Sequence record: NC_061451.1
DNA: 64,000 bases
Direction: 5' to 3' (one strand)
Below are positions 61,690 to 64,000 of this stretch, piece after piece. The notes under the pieces were generated by a model. That model worked only from the letters and a program-made list of their open reading frames with translations. It had not been told where the DNA came from and did not search any database. Numbering within the stretch: the stretch's first letter is position 1; each line of letters opens with the position of its first letter. Both the position numbers and the translations under genes were made by a program.

Positions 61690-62970
61690 ATGTTCTACGA
61701 CTATGTATTCAACTTCGACGAGCGCCAGACGCTACTGTCGTTAGCGGAATCCAAGTATCTTCTTAAACGGGACATTCCCGAGTATCTTAAAAAGTCCAAA
61801 CACGCAATTGAGATTCGTCACACTGTGACCAATCGTGGACGCGAGCGCCGCTCAGGAACAATAACAACTCCTATCGTGCCGCGTATTCACACCCGTGATG
61901 TTATGCGCTTGCTTGATGATATTCGTGACAACGCGACTTACAGCTCCTGCCAAAGTCTCGCTGAACTGTTTGAATTGGGCTTGGGCGTTCCGCGCCAGAA
62001 AGATATTGCTACTTACCTTCATGCTTATTCGCGTGAGCACGATAAGAAAGGTATCGGTATCAAGTATATCCGCAAGCTGGTGGTTGATTATCATCGTAAG
62101 CACCGTCGTAGTATGGCGGGCAGTCGCTGGTTAATGCCTGCTGCTTACACGGCCAATCTGCTGAACATGCAGAACTTCATTCATCTGAAAGAAGACGGCT
62201 ACAAGGGTAAAGTCAAAACGCCAGACGGCATCCCTGTAGTCTTGATTTACCAGAGCACTGAATACGCGACTGGCGAGTTTACTCTGTGTGACGCATTCAT
62301 GATTAGTCCGATGGGATATCCAATGCCGTTCGCACAGATTGCGCTGCGTCCCGAGTTCAAGGCTGTGCCTAAAACGTTTTGCTCCCAAGCTCTGCGTGGC
62401 AAAGGCATGTACTCAATGGTTCTCGGTATGATTTACTGGGAGAAAGGTGATTCAGTCGAATTGACACGCGAAGTCATGGAGATTGATGACAACCAGTATC
62501 TCACGTTGCTCGATGATGAACGTTATGCTGACCGCCGCTCTGATGAATATTCAGCGATGCTGGTCAAGCGTGAAGAGTTCCGTCGCAATCGTGACAAGTG
62601 GCAGTCAGTGATTGATAAGTACGGCCAGACAGTTCGAACCCTCAAGCCTGAGATTAGCGCTCGTCTTGATCGTGCTCGTCAGTTCTTCTACGACCGCTCC
62701 GAGTTCCTGAAAGAGTTCGAGTCTCAGGAGAAGCGTGAGAACACCCGCGCATCAAAACGTTTTGCTGTAGCGTCTGCGATGTTTGCTGCGATTGACTGTG
62801 GGACAATTGCTGATCGTCAGACCTACCTTGCAGTGAGCACAAAGATTGATAAAGTGCATGACATTCTCGGTAAGTGGGGATTCAACACTGTAAAATCTGT
62901 TAATGCTAGTTTGAAGAAGTCTCTTTTAACCTATGACGAATCAGGCGTATCTCGCGTCTGGTCACTATAA
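61690..62970 (+). CDS. hypothetical protein with one Sel1-like repeat
   Basis: CQSLAELFELGLGVPRQKDIA. Confidence 0.7.
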   Translation: MFYDYVFNFDERQTLLSLAESKYLLKRDIPEYLKKSKHAIEIRHTVTNRGRERRSGTITTPIVPRIHTRDVMRLLDDIRDNATYSSCQSLAELFELGLGVPRQKDIATYLHAYSREHDKKGIGIKYIRKLVVDYHRKHRRSMAGSRWLMPAAYTANLLNMQNFIHLKEDGYKGKVKTPDGIPVVLIYQSTEYATGEFTLCDAFMISPMGYPMPFAQIALRPEFKAVPKTFCSQALRGKGMYSMVLGMIYWEKGDSVELTREVMEIDDNQYLTLLDDERYADRRSDEYSAMLVKREEFRRNRDKWQSVIDKYGQTVRTLKPEISARLDRARQFFYDRSEFLKEFESQEKRENTRASKRFAVASAMFAAIDCGTIADRQTYLAVSTKIDKVHDILGKWGFNTVKSVNASLKKSLLTYDESGVSRVWSL

Positions 62971-62991
62971 CCCTTATCTGAGGAGATAAAC

Positions 62992-64000
62992 ATGTCCGAG
63001 AACAATCAAAGCGGAGCTACTCGCTTCGGCACAGAAGTGCAGGCCGGCATCGCAGAAGCGCAACGCCGTGCTAACTCTGCTGAGAGTGGCAAGCTGAACA
63101 AATGCACGATCATCGTGCTGACTTCGATTGACGCCAACCAGCGTTACTCTTATCTGTCCGCAGACGAACAACTGCGCGAAGAACTGGTGCGTGGTAAAGT
63201 AATCAATCGTCTGCCTGATCTGTTAGAGCGTGCTGGTGGTAATACCGCTGCTGACAATAACAGCGCGTTCCACATCCTGCATCCAAACAACGGTGTGCCT
63301 ACCTCGATCGATGCTCGCATCAAAGTGGGCGAAGGCAATGCGGTCATTCTGTCATATACTGTAAACAAAGCAGTGACAGAGATGCACGGTAGCTTATCGC
63401 TTGCTCTGTTTGCATCTGGCGCCGAAGACTTAAATGATCTGGCCGCTGATTTCGGTATTCACGCAATTGCGATTGTTGAAGAATCGAAAGCCGCTGAGTT
63501 CATCAAAGGACTTGAAGCTCAGGTGGAAGCGTTGAATATTGTAAATCTCACTAGCATTGATGATTCTAACGATTCGTTAGACCTGCCAGTGATTGACTTC
63601 GCTGCATTAGCGGGCAATCCTACAACAGTGCTTACGGGCGCTGTGCGTACCTTCATCATGCAATCAATCAGCGGCGAAGTCTTCGCTGCAATCCCTAATA
63701 ACGGAGAACTGAACGTGAAAAACGATAACGTGGCTCAGCCTGCTGACCTGGAAGAAGACTTCGACAACAATGATGAGATTGTTGATCAGAACGGCGGCGA
63801 AGGCGAAGTTACTGGCGAAGAGCTGCTGGGCTACAAAGCAGAAAATCTTTCGCTTGACCAAATGCGTAGTGCGCTTGAAGCGATCAACTACGACCTGTCT
63901 GAAATGACGGAAGAAGCAATCCGTGAAGCGTTCGAAACTGAACAGAACCTTTACCTGGGTGGCGGCGATGATGAATCTTCCGAAGAAGAGGAAGATGAAG
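62992..64000 (+). CDS. acidic hypothetical protein with HeH-like motif (3'-truncated; absent from the ORF track)
   Basis: GAGGAG RBS; ATG at 62992 opens a frame running to the window end (MSENNQSG...LSLDQMRSALEAINYDLSEMTEEAIREAF...). Confidence 0.8.
   Translation, partial: MSENNQSGATRFGTEVQAGIAEAQRRANSAESGKLNKCTIIVLTSIDANQRYSYLSADEQLREELVRGKVINRLPDLLERAGGNTAADNNSAFHILHPNNGVPTSIDARIKVGEGNAVILSYTVNKAVTEMHGSLSLALFASGAEDLNDLAADFGIHAIAIVEESKAAEFIKGLEAQVEALNIVNLTSIDDSNDSLDLPVIDFAALAGNPTTVLTGAVRTFIMQSISGEVFAAIPNNGELNVKNDNVAQPADLEEDFDNNDEIVDQNGGEGEVTGEELLGYKAENLSLDQMRSALEAINYDLSEMTEEAIREAFETEQNLYLGGGDDESSEEEEDE

Overview
A 64 kb segment of a large lytic dsDNA phage genome. The gene content and sigma70-type promoters suggest a jumbo myovirus of Enterobacterales, probably the Erwinia Y3/Yoloswag or Dickeya JA11-like lineage; this is inference, since no database search was run. 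All credible genes except the primase are on the + strand. 1-17.5 kb is a replication/recombination/transcription block: RuvC-like resolvase, CHC2-TOPRIM primase, Cas4-like nuclease, phage sigma factor, gp32-like SSB, intein-containing RecA/UvsX, Ig-domain virion protein, Acb1-like 2H phosphodiesterase and a metallophosphoesterase. 17.6-24.6 kb holds an AcrVA2/FinQ-like gene, probable head proteins and a beta-helix fibre/depolymerase-like gene. 24.7-64 kb is a dense early/accessory region of about 80 mostly hypothetical ORFs (NADAR-like, GNAT, KptA, radical SAM, YbiI/TraR, UvsE, dUTPase, SLT, HD) driven by 11 related promoters with a conserved upstream box. Top leads: two covarying hairpin RNA elements behind tandem early promoters, the AcrVA2/FinQ homolog, a radical SAM enzyme with a duplicated Cys-aromatic tail, six acidic proteins sharing a helix-extension-helix motif, a CTGTAAAY candidate promoter paired with a sigma factor lacking a clear region 4, and an N-terminal SLS motif on four probable head proteins. 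No tRNA, rRNA or CRISPR array was seen. Family calls come from motifs recognised by eye, and start codons were adjusted using Shine-Dalgarno spacing.
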